Source of the DNA: Phaeosaccion multiseriatum
Lineage: Eukaryota; Protista; Ochrophyta, other classes
Direction: 5' to 3'
DNA: 64,000 nt
Assembly (NCBI GenBank): GCA_965112735.1
Contig: OZ218951.1
Location: 5,208,001 to 5,272,000, forward strand
A program made the position numbers and the translations under genes. This document shows positions 38,283-53,800 of this stretch, piece after piece (position 1 is the first letter of the stretch; the number at the start of each line of letters is the position of its first letter). The notes beneath the pieces were generated by a model. It ran no database searches. It saw only the letters and a list, made by a program, of their open reading frames with translations, and was not told the origin of the DNA.

Positions 38283-39646
38283 GTCTGTCTGCCTATCTGT
38301 CTGTCTGTCTGTCTCTCCATCTGTCTGTCTGTCTATCTCGTCTCCGCAGTCCCCATGGGCAACGGCGGCATCACCCCCAAGTACTACTGGACACAGACCT
38401 TGGAGGAGGTGACAGTGTACGTGGAGGCACCTCCCGGCTCTAAGGGGAAGGACGTCGATTGCAGCATCACCCCACGCCGGCTGCGGCTGGGCATTCGAAG
38501 GAGAGACCCGAGCTCCACCCCGATCCCTGCCCCGGGCAAGGACGCTGGAGCAGGAAGCAGCAGCAGCAGCTGTACTGAGGTATTGGTGGAAGGAGAGCTG
38601 TCGCATGTGGTGAGCAGTCAGAACAGCTTGTGGAGTATCGAAGACGGGCGAACCGTTATGATTACGCTGGAAAAGAAGGCCAAAACGTGGTGGAAAAGCG
38701 TGCTGCAGGTAGGTGTGTGAGCTTGGGCACTGTGGGGTTGGGATGTGGGCCCAATACGTGTTGCTTGTCGAGAGGGCAAAGGGCACAGTCAGTCTCACAT
38801 CTCTGTTCCGTCGCCGTTGATGCTTGGTAATTGCTCACACGCCTCGGACTCCCTATCCAACTACACATCCTCTCTCTCTATCCCTCTCTCTATCCCCCCC
38901 TCTCCCTTCTCTCTCTCTCTCTGTGTGTCCCTCCGTCTTTCTCTCTCTCCCAGACACACACACACACACACACTGCCCACCCACTGACCTCACGTATGCT
39001 TATTCAAACCCATTCTTCTCCCACATGCCATGCCGTTTTCTCCGTTCATCGATCGGCCCTCCTCTTCGTACTTCCTCCTTACCTACCCTGCCTTACCTAC
39101 CCTGCCCTACCCTGCCCTACCCTACCCACCCTGCCCTGCCCTACCCTTCCTCGCCCTTCCCTACCCTACCCTAACCTACCCTACCTTATCACCAACTTCC
39201 CTGCCCTGCCCGGCCCTGCCTGTATCAGGGAGACCCCGAGATCGACACGTCCAAGGTGGACTCTTCGAAGCGCATTCACGAGTTCGATAACGAAACGCAG
39301 GGAGCCATTCGCAAGATCATGGTAGGAGCATACCCCTCCAGGGGCCAAGAGGGACGTAGAGAGGGGTTAACCTGCTGACTTGGATGGCACTGAACGGTCT
39401 TACGAGGCCCTGAGAAGGGGAGGGGGAGGAGCTTGTGACTACCAGCCTCTCTATGGGACTGTCTCTTCCCTCCCGTGCATTGGTCTTTTGCCTGCGGTGT
39501 AGTGCCTTGCTCAAATTGAGTATCCCGTCCCCTCTTCTCCCTCCCCCCCCCCCCTACCTCTCTTTCTCTGACGCTGTCTCGCTCTTTCTCTCACTCACTT
39601 CCTCCTCTTTCTCTCCTGCTTCTCTCTCTCTCTCACCCCCCCCCCC

Positions 39647-39687
<41 letters not shown>

Positions 39688-39825
39688 TCTCTCTCTCCGC
39701 TTCGTCACCAGTTCGACCAGAAGCAGAAGCAGCTCGGCCTACCCAGCAGCGACGACATGACCGCGGAGAGCATTCTTGAGGGCGCCAAGCACCTCCCCGG
39801 CAGCCCTTTCCTTGATGCCCACTGA
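37160..39825 (+). CDS. nudC: NudC-family protein (CS/p23 domain Hsp90 co-chaperone), multi-exon
   Basis: FDTFFSFLHRHT|DLY; GNGG..YYWTQTLEEVTV; SLWSIED..LEK..WWKSV; GDPEIDTSKVD..ETQGAIRKIM|FDQKQKQLGLPSSD..PGSPF; stop at 39823-39825. Confidence 0.9.
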
Positions 39826-40000
39826 CTGACAAGGAGAAAGGACCCCTCTAGATCCACCGAACCCTTTCCTCGATGCCCCTGACCCCTGACAAAGAGGGAG
39901 GGCCCCACCCGCTCCGCCTCAGCGCCACCCTCCCGTTCAGGGGGGTTTGGGCTCGCGAAGCATGGCTCCATCCCAGGCCCACGGAGGCAGGGGGGCATCA

Positions 40001-40053
40001 CACACCATCTGACACCATCTGATCTCATCTGACACTATTTGACACTATCTGAC
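40001..40053. repeat. 10-bp minisatellite (GACACCATCT-like)
   Basis: About five degenerate tandem units. Confidence 0.7.
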
Positions 40054-40169
40054 GGCTCCTTTTACGGCGCGTAAGGCGGGGAGAAGTGCGTTGACTGGCA
40101 GCGTCTTTGGGTGGGCATGGGAAGTGTGGTGTGCGAAAGCTCTGCTCAGGGCCTCAGGGCTAGTGTTAC

Positions 40170-40628
40170 GGTGAATTGCGATGAATGGACAGAGGGTGGA
40201 GAGCGATACACTTGGTATACCTGAGGAAGACGAAGTTCGTGTCGTGGAGGAGCTCTCATCTCACTGGGGCGGACGTGGAGATGTTGACTGCCGGTTCTCC
40301 AAGGCGATGGGGCAGTGGTCCTGACAATGCGAGCGGTGGCTCTGTTGGGGCCTTTTGGCTGGAGTGCTGCCAGGGGAGCTGCTCTTAGGAGGGGCCTCAC
40401 TGGCGAAGGCTCTAACCACAGCCCGAGAGATGGACGGTGCAGGAGTCTGTGTATTGAAGTCCTCCTGGCTGCGGGCAGACAGCACTTTGCTTCAAAAAAA
40501 GTGCTTTTTGACTTGATGCGGGGCACTGGCCGTCTCTTTAGCAAGGTAGCAGGGAAGGGAGGCTGAAGGTGTCGCAGAGAGAGGTTAGCCCGGAGGTGCT
40601 GCAGGAGGTGGCGGAGGAGATGGCATGA
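40170..40628 (+). pseudogene. 5'-truncated, frameshifted ankyrin-repeat gene fragment
   Basis: Aligns by eye to 42640-43154 (GAGCGATACACTTGG, GTCGTGGAGGAGCTC, CAGCACTTTGC) with indels; ends in KVSQREVSPEVLQEVAEEMA*. Confidence 0.82.
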
Positions 40629-41290
40629 TGAAAGGAGCGTGCGTGTCTCGCCTGCGGTGTGGTCAGGGCTGTTGGTAAGGAGGAATGTCCATGGCCTGAG
40701 GGGTGTTGGTCATCGGCCTTCTCTTGTCTGCTCCGATTGTGTAGCTGCCACCCCACTTTCAGTTGAGCAAGGCTCTTCTGGGTTGGGGTGTAGTTGTAGA
40801 TGTAGTAAAGAGAAAAAGGGTCGTGAACAGAGTGAGTTTACGAGTCGATAGGTCAAAAAACGTATTTTCAAGCAGCGTAGGATAGGCAGATGGAAAGGAG
40901 AAAATGGATGTGTAGAAGGCAGGGCATGCGTACGCCAGCTGGCGCAACGGCCCAACGCCCTTTCCTTCCCCCCAACTCAGCAATCACTACTGTGAAAGAG
41001 GAGGCGACGCGAGTACGGCGTCGCAAGAGTCGTAGCAAGTGCCGAATAGCTCAGCGCGGTGAGAAGGACAGCGAAGGGGGCAGCCCAGCAGTCCACCGCG
41101 CGAAGGAGACGGCAGCGACAGCAAAACTTTCCCCACCCGCCCGGCCCGGGGGGACGAGTGGGATTATCGGGAATCCAACGGGGTGGATGGGAGTAAGGGC
41201 GAGGCAGACGCGTCTGCCCCGCCCTGCTTTGGCACCCCCTGGAAATCGCATGTACCCCCCCTTATACAAATAAACAAGCATTGACTGAGT

Positions 41291-41427
41291 TCGACCCCTG
41301 ACACACTATCGCCCACATTCTCGAAAGCGCGCTATCGGCCCCCCCGGGGGCCGATAGCGGATAGCGTGCCGGCTGGCGCCGGCTGGCGCCGGCGATAGCG
41401 GATAGCGGATAGTGTGTCAGGGGTCGA
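41291..41427 (+). mobile_element. MITE-like palindromic element, copy 3
   Basis: Perfect 20-bp TIR TCGACCCCTGACACACTATC / GATAGTGTGTCAGGGGTCGA; flanking direct repeat CTGAGT (41285-41290, 41428-41433); expanded internal GATAGCG and GCCGGCTGGC repeats. Confidence 0.82.
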
Positions 41428-41570
41428 CTGAGTGAGACGGTCGAGGTGAAGGCATATAGGTAGTATTAGGTGTCGGGACGCCTCCCACTTGATTTGTGGG
41501 ACCACTTTCCACAAATGAGGGAAGGGAGAGGGAAAAAACTTCGCCTTGATTCATTCCCTCCCCATCTCCC

Positions 41571-43154
41571 ATGGGAGACCAACAAGTCATCAACCCCCAG
41601 GTTGCCCGCCTTGGTGATGCCATCATAAGTGGCCAGAGGGTCAAAAAGGTGGAAGCGGCGGTGAGAGCCCTTGTCGCTATAAACGGAGGGAGGAGGGCAT
41701 GCTTGGACGAGCCCATCGGTGAGAAAGGGTATCCACCCCTGCACTTAGCGGTGGGAGAGAGGAGGGGTGATGTCATTGCTCTTCTGCTGCAAGAGGGGGC
41801 GTCACTGAAAAGTGTGAACCCATCAAATGGCTTCACTGCTTTGCATGCTGCCTGTCTTAAACAAGATCCTACTATTGTGCAGCAGCTCCTCTCTGCTGGT
41901 GCTGACGTCAATGCAGTAGCGAGCGACGGACTTACGGCTCTCATAGTGGCCTCCTCTGCTGGGGCCGTTGTGCTGGTGCACAAGCTGCTCTCTGCGGGCG
42001 CCGCCGTGGACCTCGCCGATGGCGATACGGCGTTGATCTATGCCTCGGGCGAGGGCCATTATGCAGTGGTGCAGCAGCTGATATCGGCGGGTGCAGAGGT
42101 GGACGGGGTAGGTGAGATGGAGCGGACAGCCCTCCATAGAGCCTCAGCTCTTGGACATGAAAGAGTGGTGCGGCAGCTGCTCTCAGCCGGCGCGCAAGTC
42201 GATAAGACGGTTGGAGGCGTTACGGCCTTGGTATTGGCCTCCGAGCAAGGGCATCATGCGGTGGTGCATGAGCTACTATCGGCAGGTGCAGAGGTCGATA
42301 GTCATGCCGTGGCGCAGCAGCTGCTCTCGGCCAACGCGAATCCCGACCACGTGGATGAAAGAAGTATTACCGCCCTGTTTATGGCCGCAGCACGCGGACA
42401 TCACAGGGTCACGCAGCAGCTGTTGACCTTTGGCGCAGATGCAAATTTCGGAGTCCACGGCGGATGCTGCCCGCTTGTCGTGGCAAGCCAGGAAGGGCAT
42501 GGCATCGTAGTGGATCAGCTCATCGCAGCCGGCGCTGACCTCGAAAGCCGTAGTGGTGAGGCGGGGGGCACTGCGTTGATGGAAGCGTCTGCCGATGGAC
42601 ACAGAAGCATTGTGCGGAAGCTGCTGAGGGCTGGGGCAGAGGTGAATGTGGTCAGTGCTGGCGATGGGCATGGAGCGATACACTTGGCAGCTGGAAAGGG
42701 CCATGCTCGTGTCGTGGAGGAGCTCATCTCAGGAGGGGCCGATGTGGAGATGCTGACTACTCAGGGGCAAACAGCTCTGCTGTATGCTGCTATAAAGGGC
42801 CATGGGGCAGTGATCCGTGTGCTGCTGTCTGAGGGGGCTGATCCTGACAGTGAGGGCAGGCACCACCCCGGAACGCCTTTGCTTGCTGCGGCTCAAGAGG
42901 GCCACAGCGGGGCGGTGCTGGAGCTGCTGTCTGGAGGGGCCTCACTGGCAAAGGCCCTGTTTTTTGCCAGAAGGTTGAGCTTCGCACTTGTTGAGTTCCT
43001 CCTGGCCGCGGACAGGCAGCACTTTGCGTCACAAAGCGCGTTGGACCTGATGCGGGGCACTGACCGTCTCTTTGGCAAGGAAGGGAGGCTGAAGGTGTCG
43101 CAGAGAGAGGTTAGCCCTGAGGTGCTGCAGGAGGTGGCGGAGGAGGTGGCATGA
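41571..43154 (+). CDS. Ankyrin-repeat protein, intact copy B (527 aa ORF)
   Basis: Uninterrupted ORF with about a dozen ankyrin repeats, clearly paralogous to 15302..17009. A CAG at the position homologous to copy A's acceptor suggests the true first exon may lie upstream. Confidence 0.9.
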   Translation: MGDQQVINPQVARLGDAIISGQRVKKVEAAVRALVAINGGRRACLDEPIGEKGYPPLHLAVGERRGDVIALLLQEGASLKSVNPSNGFTALHAACLKQDPTIVQQLLSAGADVNAVASDGLTALIVASSAGAVVLVHKLLSAGAAVDLADGDTALIYASGEGHYAVVQQLISAGAEVDGVGEMERTALHRASALGHERVVRQLLSAGAQVDKTVGGVTALVLASEQGHHAVVHELLSAGAEVDSHAVAQQLLSANANPDHVDERSITALFMAAARGHHRVTQQLLTFGADANFGVHGGCCPLVVASQEGHGIVVDQLIAAGADLESRSGEAGGTALMEASADGHRSIVRKLLRAGAEVNVVSAGDGHGAIHLAAGKGHARVVEELISGGADVEMLTTQGQTALLYAAIKGHGAVIRVLLSEGADPDSEGRHHPGTPLLAAAQEGHSGAVLELLSGGASLAKALFFARRLSFALVEFLLAADRQHFASQSALDLMRGTDRLFGKEGRLKVSQREVSPEVLQEVAEEVA

Positions 43155-43546
43155 TGAAAGGAGCGTGGGTATCTCCCCTGCGGTGTTGTCAGGGCTGTTG
43201 GTAAGGAGGAATGTCCATGGCCTGAGGGGTGTTGGTCATCGGCCTTCTCTTGTCTGCTCCGATTGTGTAGCTGCCACCCCACTTTCAGTTGAGCAAGGCT
43301 CTCCTGGGTTGGGGTGTACGTAACTGGATCCGTTTAGTAAAGTCTTACAGTGATTATCTTACAGTTGTACCTCAAAGAGGAAAGAGAGAGAGAGAAAAGA
43401 AAAAAAGAAATAAGAAAAATACGTCAATGAATCTTGCCGACCGCCGGCCGCGTTGAGATCAACCGGCCGCAGCAGGCGCAGCTGGATCCCTACAAAGCCT
43501 CCCAGACAATCAACCAATTTCATTAGCTACGGAAGGAAGAAGGAGT

Positions 43547-48617
<5,071 letters not shown>

Positions 48618-48856
48618 GCGGCCAAGCACGCCTAATCACCCCGAGTAGGCCGAGTAGGGGGGGGGGCGAGAGATGGAGAGAGAGAGGGAGTGAGAGAGAG
48701 AGAGAGAGAGAGAGGGGGAGAGAGAGAGTGTGTGAGGTGGAGAGGTAGGGAGAGAGAGAGTGTGAGGTGGAGAGGTAGGGAGAGAGAGAGGGAGAGGGAG
48801 AGAGAGTGTGAGGTGGAGAGGTAGGGGCACTCTCCGTTTTTGTTCCTTCACTACTT

Positions 48857-49153
48857 TTAAGGGTGTTTCTTAATTCCTCTGGTCGGAGAGAAGGGCCCCC
48901 TCCACATTGATGTCAGTGAGGAAGGAGCAGCCAAGTGATCCGACACCAAGACTCTTCCTCCCCGAGCCATCGGTCCAGTCCTTACGCCGAACAGCCGATC
49001 CTCCAACAGAAAGGTCAGGTCGATGGCTTTTTGACTCGAGAAGAGCCACCGCAACTTTGATCCCAGCCACTCTTTGGCCTTCCTGCATCCAGGTCCACAT
49101 ACGATCTCCTTGAATGCCCCCCCCACTACAGCAGAAGGACGCTTGGAAGTCAT
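48857..49153 (-). pseudogene. Truncated, degenerate duplicate of the 5' part of the GRDP-like/SUMO-like gene
   Basis: MTSKRPSAVVGGAFKEIVCG matches MSTSRPSAVVGGAFKERVCG of ORF 49784..50653. Similarity then switches frames (IKVAVALLE; IDLTFLL; GGRV) and ends after about 300 bp. Confidence 0.78.
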
Positions 49154-49530
49154 GGGAACGACTGCGATAGTGGGGAGTTGTAGTTTTATTAATCATGCTG
49201 GGGAGTTGGGGATTTTTAATCTAAATAAAAGAAAATCATATGCACGTGTTGGTGCTGCGATTTGTCGCCAACTTTCGGGCAGCCTGAGCGCGGACCGCAG
49301 CCAAACGTCCTCAGCTTGGGCAGTTGGGCATCTCTGGGCAGCAAACATGGTGCATATTTAGTTCTTGAGTTGTGGAATATGAATTTTCAGAGAGGAAGTG
49401 ATGTTACAAGAAGGAGCAAGCAAGTGTGCGGCGTGTCACGCCGCAGCACATTCTCCTCCGCCCCCCGGCCAGCCTGCTGACCGCACCCGGCATACCGCAA
49501 ACGCAACACGTGTTTCATTCAGCAAGCTGC

Positions 49531-50653
49531 CTATTCGAACCCAAGATCGATGTGATCCCCGTCCTGGAGATCCATATCCCCTACTGTTCGCCTGATACTC
49601 GCTCTCTCTCCACATACGAACAATCGAATCTCCTCTGGTATGACGTCATGGCGATCACAATAGGCTCCAATGATCTGTGTGCAGTAAATTGATGCAGCGA
49701 AGGCAGGGGGAGGGGGTTTGAGTGAACAACCACAAGTGGGTCAAGAAAGACCGCATACGCTAGCGGGCCACTGATGGCCCCCGTTACCCCGTCCCCACTT
49801 GATCACCTACCTTGCTCATTTTCGTACTCTTCTTCACTTTGAAGTCGGTCACGCCATCGGGGGCCCTCACATGCACGATCATTATTTCCTCGTTCTGCTC
49901 CAGCTGCCGGTGGTGCTGGTGATTGTTCTGGGGCTCATTTTCATTGACCTCCTCCCTCGCTCGCTTCGGCCGAGCACCCTCCTGCGCTGCTGCTACTTCT
50001 GCTGCCGCTGCTGCTGTTGATGATGATGACCTCCCCCCTGCTGCCCCACCAGTGCCAACCGTCCTCTCCTCACCCACCGCCGGTACTGCTCTTCCCCTCG
50101 TGACAGCCTGCCGCTGCCCGCTCACTAGTTGCTGCTCGGGACGTGGCCAGAAGTGCGCAGGAGGCTCCTCACCGAACAGATCCCTGTACGCAGCGAGCGT
50201 GTTGGCGTACCTTGCCTCCCTGGTGGAGTCGTGTGCCGAGCGGGGGTCGTGGTGGAGCAGCTTGCCGGTCTCCCCCGTGAGTGCAGCACAGAGCTTCTCG
50301 TACTCACGTGTATACAAAATCAAGGCATGCCAGGCTTCGTCCTCAATCAAAGACGGAGAGGTGTGTGTGCCGTGCTCTTCCACTTCTCCCACAGACACCT
50401 TGATCAGGAGGAACCTCAGCAGCTCCACCACTAGCGTCTCGGCGTGATTCAAAGCCGCAACTCTTCCTCCCCGATGCCCGGTAGTGATATCCGTAGGTCT
50501 GAAGAAAGCGGTGTTCTTCAAGAGAAAGCTCAGGTCGATTCCCATCGCCTCGAGAAGGCCCACCGCAACTTTTATGCTCCTCTTTGGCCTGCGTCCACAC
50601 ACACGCTCCTTGAAGGCACCCCCCACTACAGCGGAGGGCCGGCTGGTGCTCAT
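49531..50653 (-). CDS. GRDP/DUF1399-like domain fused to a C-terminal SUMO-like domain; exons 50653-49811 and 49674-49531 (328 aa)
   Basis: ELLRFL..PSLIEDEAWHALILYTREYEKLC..LHHDP..RYANTLAAYRDLFGEEPP..WP, then DFKVKKSTKMSK|IIGAYCDRHDVIPEEIRLFVCGER..TVGDMDLQDGDHIDL, matching the SUMO fold pattern. Phase-0 GT-AG intron 49810-49675. Confidence 0.8.
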
Positions 50654-50846
50654 AGAGAGAGAAGGAGGGAGTTGAGGCTTTGATTTGATTTTTTATTTCT
50701 ATTGACAGCAGCAGTTGGTGCTCCAAATTCACAGTTGCCCCTCAACTGTTGGATTTTCTTTTTCCTTTTTCCTTTTTCCTTCTTGCCATCTCGTCCCTAC
50801 TGCGGAGCGGATGGGGCACTTTCAATAGAGCTGAACCCGAGACGCT

Positions 50847-53800
50847 ATGAGGCAAATACAAGCCTCTTGTTTGATCCTATTGTTGTCATGTGTTGCAAGC
50901 CTGCAGGTCGGTCCACTTCAGCCCCCTTACGGTCGATTCCAAGCTCGTGGCGTGGAGAAGGGAAGGATTGTGGGGTCTTGGGGTCATGCCCTCCCGGCAA
51001 CTGCCCACGCTGCGCCAGAAGAGCCGAGGGTCCGCGGAAGGACCGTGCCACATCGAATGAGCAGCAATAGAGCTCCTCCTCGAATCTCCCTCGTACGGTC
51101 TGCTTTGCTGCGCTCAATACCATTCCGTGGGCCTGTTTCAGGATCAGCAGGATCGCCAACAGCGAAAAGGGAGGCGGCAGCAGGGATTGGGAATGGAGAC
51201 GCCACAGTTCGGCACTGTGGCGCTGGCCAGTCAGCGAGCCCCCACACTACGACCGGCAGGTGGCGCACTTGGCTCGCTCCTAGGGCTGCAGCAGCAGTAG
51301 TGGCGGCAGGCTTTTGGTGCATTTGGCGCTTTGATGCTCGGTCGTTGATGGTACTCCACCACCACCGTCACGAAGCTGGTGAGGACCAACAGAAGAGGCA
51401 GCACAACAGGCTGGACAACAACACGCTACTACTAGAGCGTGTGATGCAGAAGGCGAGCAGGGGAGCGCTACATGCAAGACCTGGTCCGAGCGACAAGCGA
51501 GCAGACCAAGTGATGGTGACGGCACCAGAGCCCTCAGTCATCGTGTCGAGCGCAGGCATGTTCTCCACGGAGGTGTGGATGTGGTTCGTCTACAAGCTCC
51601 AGGTAGGTATACGCACCAGTGGCCTCCTAGTTTTCGGACCTAATCTCTCCCTCTCGCTCTATGTGTACATTTGTCTCTGTCTCTGTCTCGCTCTTCTCTC
51701 TCTCCGTCCCTCCCTCTTCTCTCTCTCCGTCCCTCCCTCTTCCCTCCCTCCCTCCCTCCCTCCCTCCCTCCCTCCCTCCCTCCCTCCCTCCCTCCCTCCC
51801 TCCCCCCCTCTCTCTCTCTCGGTCTGTCGATCTCTCTTTCTCCCCTGTACCTGCTGTCTCTCTCTGTCCTTGCCTTTGTCGATGTCTCTCCCTCTATCTT
51901 CTCGCTCTCCCAACTCTCCCGGCCTCCCTCCCCGCCCCACTCTCTCCATCTGTTATGATGCCTCCGAGCTCTAATATACACCTCCGATCGCTGTCAGCTT
52001 CACTCATCCGCCTTCCACATCTTCCAGTTGCTTCAATAACCGACTGCGAGGTTTTAAAGCTCTAATATACACCTCCCTCGCTCGTCGTTCCGCTGCCGGA
52101 ACCTCATCTATTGACATCATCTGTCTCAAGACTCTCTCGGTGGCGCAACCGAACGCCCTTACCCCATCCTACCCCCCCCCCCTCCTCTCTGCCTTCCTCT
52201 CTGCCCGCCCTCCACAGCTCTTCCTCATCGCCCCTCTCTTCCCGACGAAAGTGTCTGCGATGGTGGCGGTTTCAGTGCTGCTGGTGCTCTTGGGGGGGCA
52301 AGTCTATGGAGTTGTTGCCAGGCAAAAGAAAAGAGTACGTGTGCATGAGGAAGAAGGAGGTGGACAGGGAGAGTGAGAGGTTGGGAGGGAGGGAGAGAAG
52401 GAAAGGGATAAAGAAAGAGAGGGAAGTGAAGGAAGGGGGGGGAGAGAGGGAGGAAGAGAGGGAAAGAGGGAGGGGGGGAGGGAGGGAGGGAGGGAGGGAG
52501 GACACGGAAAGGAGGGGGAGAGGGAGGTAGGGCCGGGGGAGAGAGAGGAGAGAGAATTCGCAAATGACGGACACCGTCCAACTCCTCCGTTATTTATGAC
52601 ATTCCCCCTTCCGTCCCTTCCGGTCCGTCCTATTCGCGCCAACCCCCTGCTTGCCTGCAACCCGTCGGTGCAACAGTCAGCGGCGTTCAAGGCCTTTTCG
52701 CTCCTCAACAACACGCCGGGAGCCTCGAGTGTGGATGAGGAGACCCCCTCTGCAGTAATCGTTGCCAACGTGCTGTACCTCGTGGGGCTCTTCACCTTCT
52801 CCATCTTCCTCGGAGTTATGGCGGAGGAAATCAGGTGTGCGTGTGTGTGCGAGTGCGTGGTGTGTCGATGTGTGTGTGTATGTGTGTCTGTCTGTGGCTG
52901 TCTGCGCGTGTGTGTGCCAGAGTGTGGGGCTGTATATCGATGTGTGCGCGTGCGTGTGTGTACTAGCCTTGCCATACACAAGTCCACTGCCGCACTCCTC
53001 CCCAGGGGAGCCCAAACGCGAGGGTATGCTGCTTACTCCACGAGATTCTGTCCTGACACCCCTCGTATGTACCTGGTGTCAGGCTTGCCACGAACAAGGT
53101 CCAGGCTGGAAATTTCAGGATCGTGGACCGAGACCACACTCTCATTCTCAACTGGTCTGAGAAGGTAGGCCTTCTCTGTCTCTCTCTCTCTCTCTCCCTC
53201 TTCCTCCCTCTTCCTTCCTCTCCCTGCCTCCCTTCCTCTCTCTCTATCTCTCGCTCCACCTGCCCCCCCCCCAATAGCCTTCTCTCTCCCCTCTGTACGG
53301 AGGACTAAATTCATTGACTTGCTGCTCTCGCCTCCACTCCCACCCCTCCCCCAACCCAACAGACCATTCCGATCCTACGGCAAATGGTGGTAGCGAAGAA
53401 GGACGGGAGGCCCTACCTAGACAGGCCCGTCGTGATCCTCGCCAACAAAGACAAGACGAAGATGGACATCGCCATAGCCAAGGGGCTCAACGGGGGTGCG
53501 CACAAGCAAGGTCTTACCATCATCACACGGAGGCAAGTATCGAGTGTCGACTTTCGAGTTTGGAGTCTCGACTTTCCAGTTTCGACTTTCGAGCTTTGCG
53601 TATCGAGTTCGAGCTTTGAGTATCGAGTATTCCCTTTAGTGCTCTCTTCGACGCTCTGGTTGACGCATTCGCTGACGACATCTGACGCAGACATACACAT
53701 ACACGCACACACATACACACACGACAACCTACGTAACTCTCATGAACTTCCACTCACGTGTCACTGCCCTGGGGAGCTAACCTGTGACCAACGTGTGGCT

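Noticed and set aside
40890-41273. Arg-rich 127-aa ORF as the missing fumarase transit exon
   Set aside because: No convincing donor or phase link; it cannot be supported without transcripts.
51967-52076. Direct repeat AGCTCTAATATACACCTCC flanking ~70 bp
   Set aside because: A single local intronic duplication with no other copies or element hallmarks in the window.
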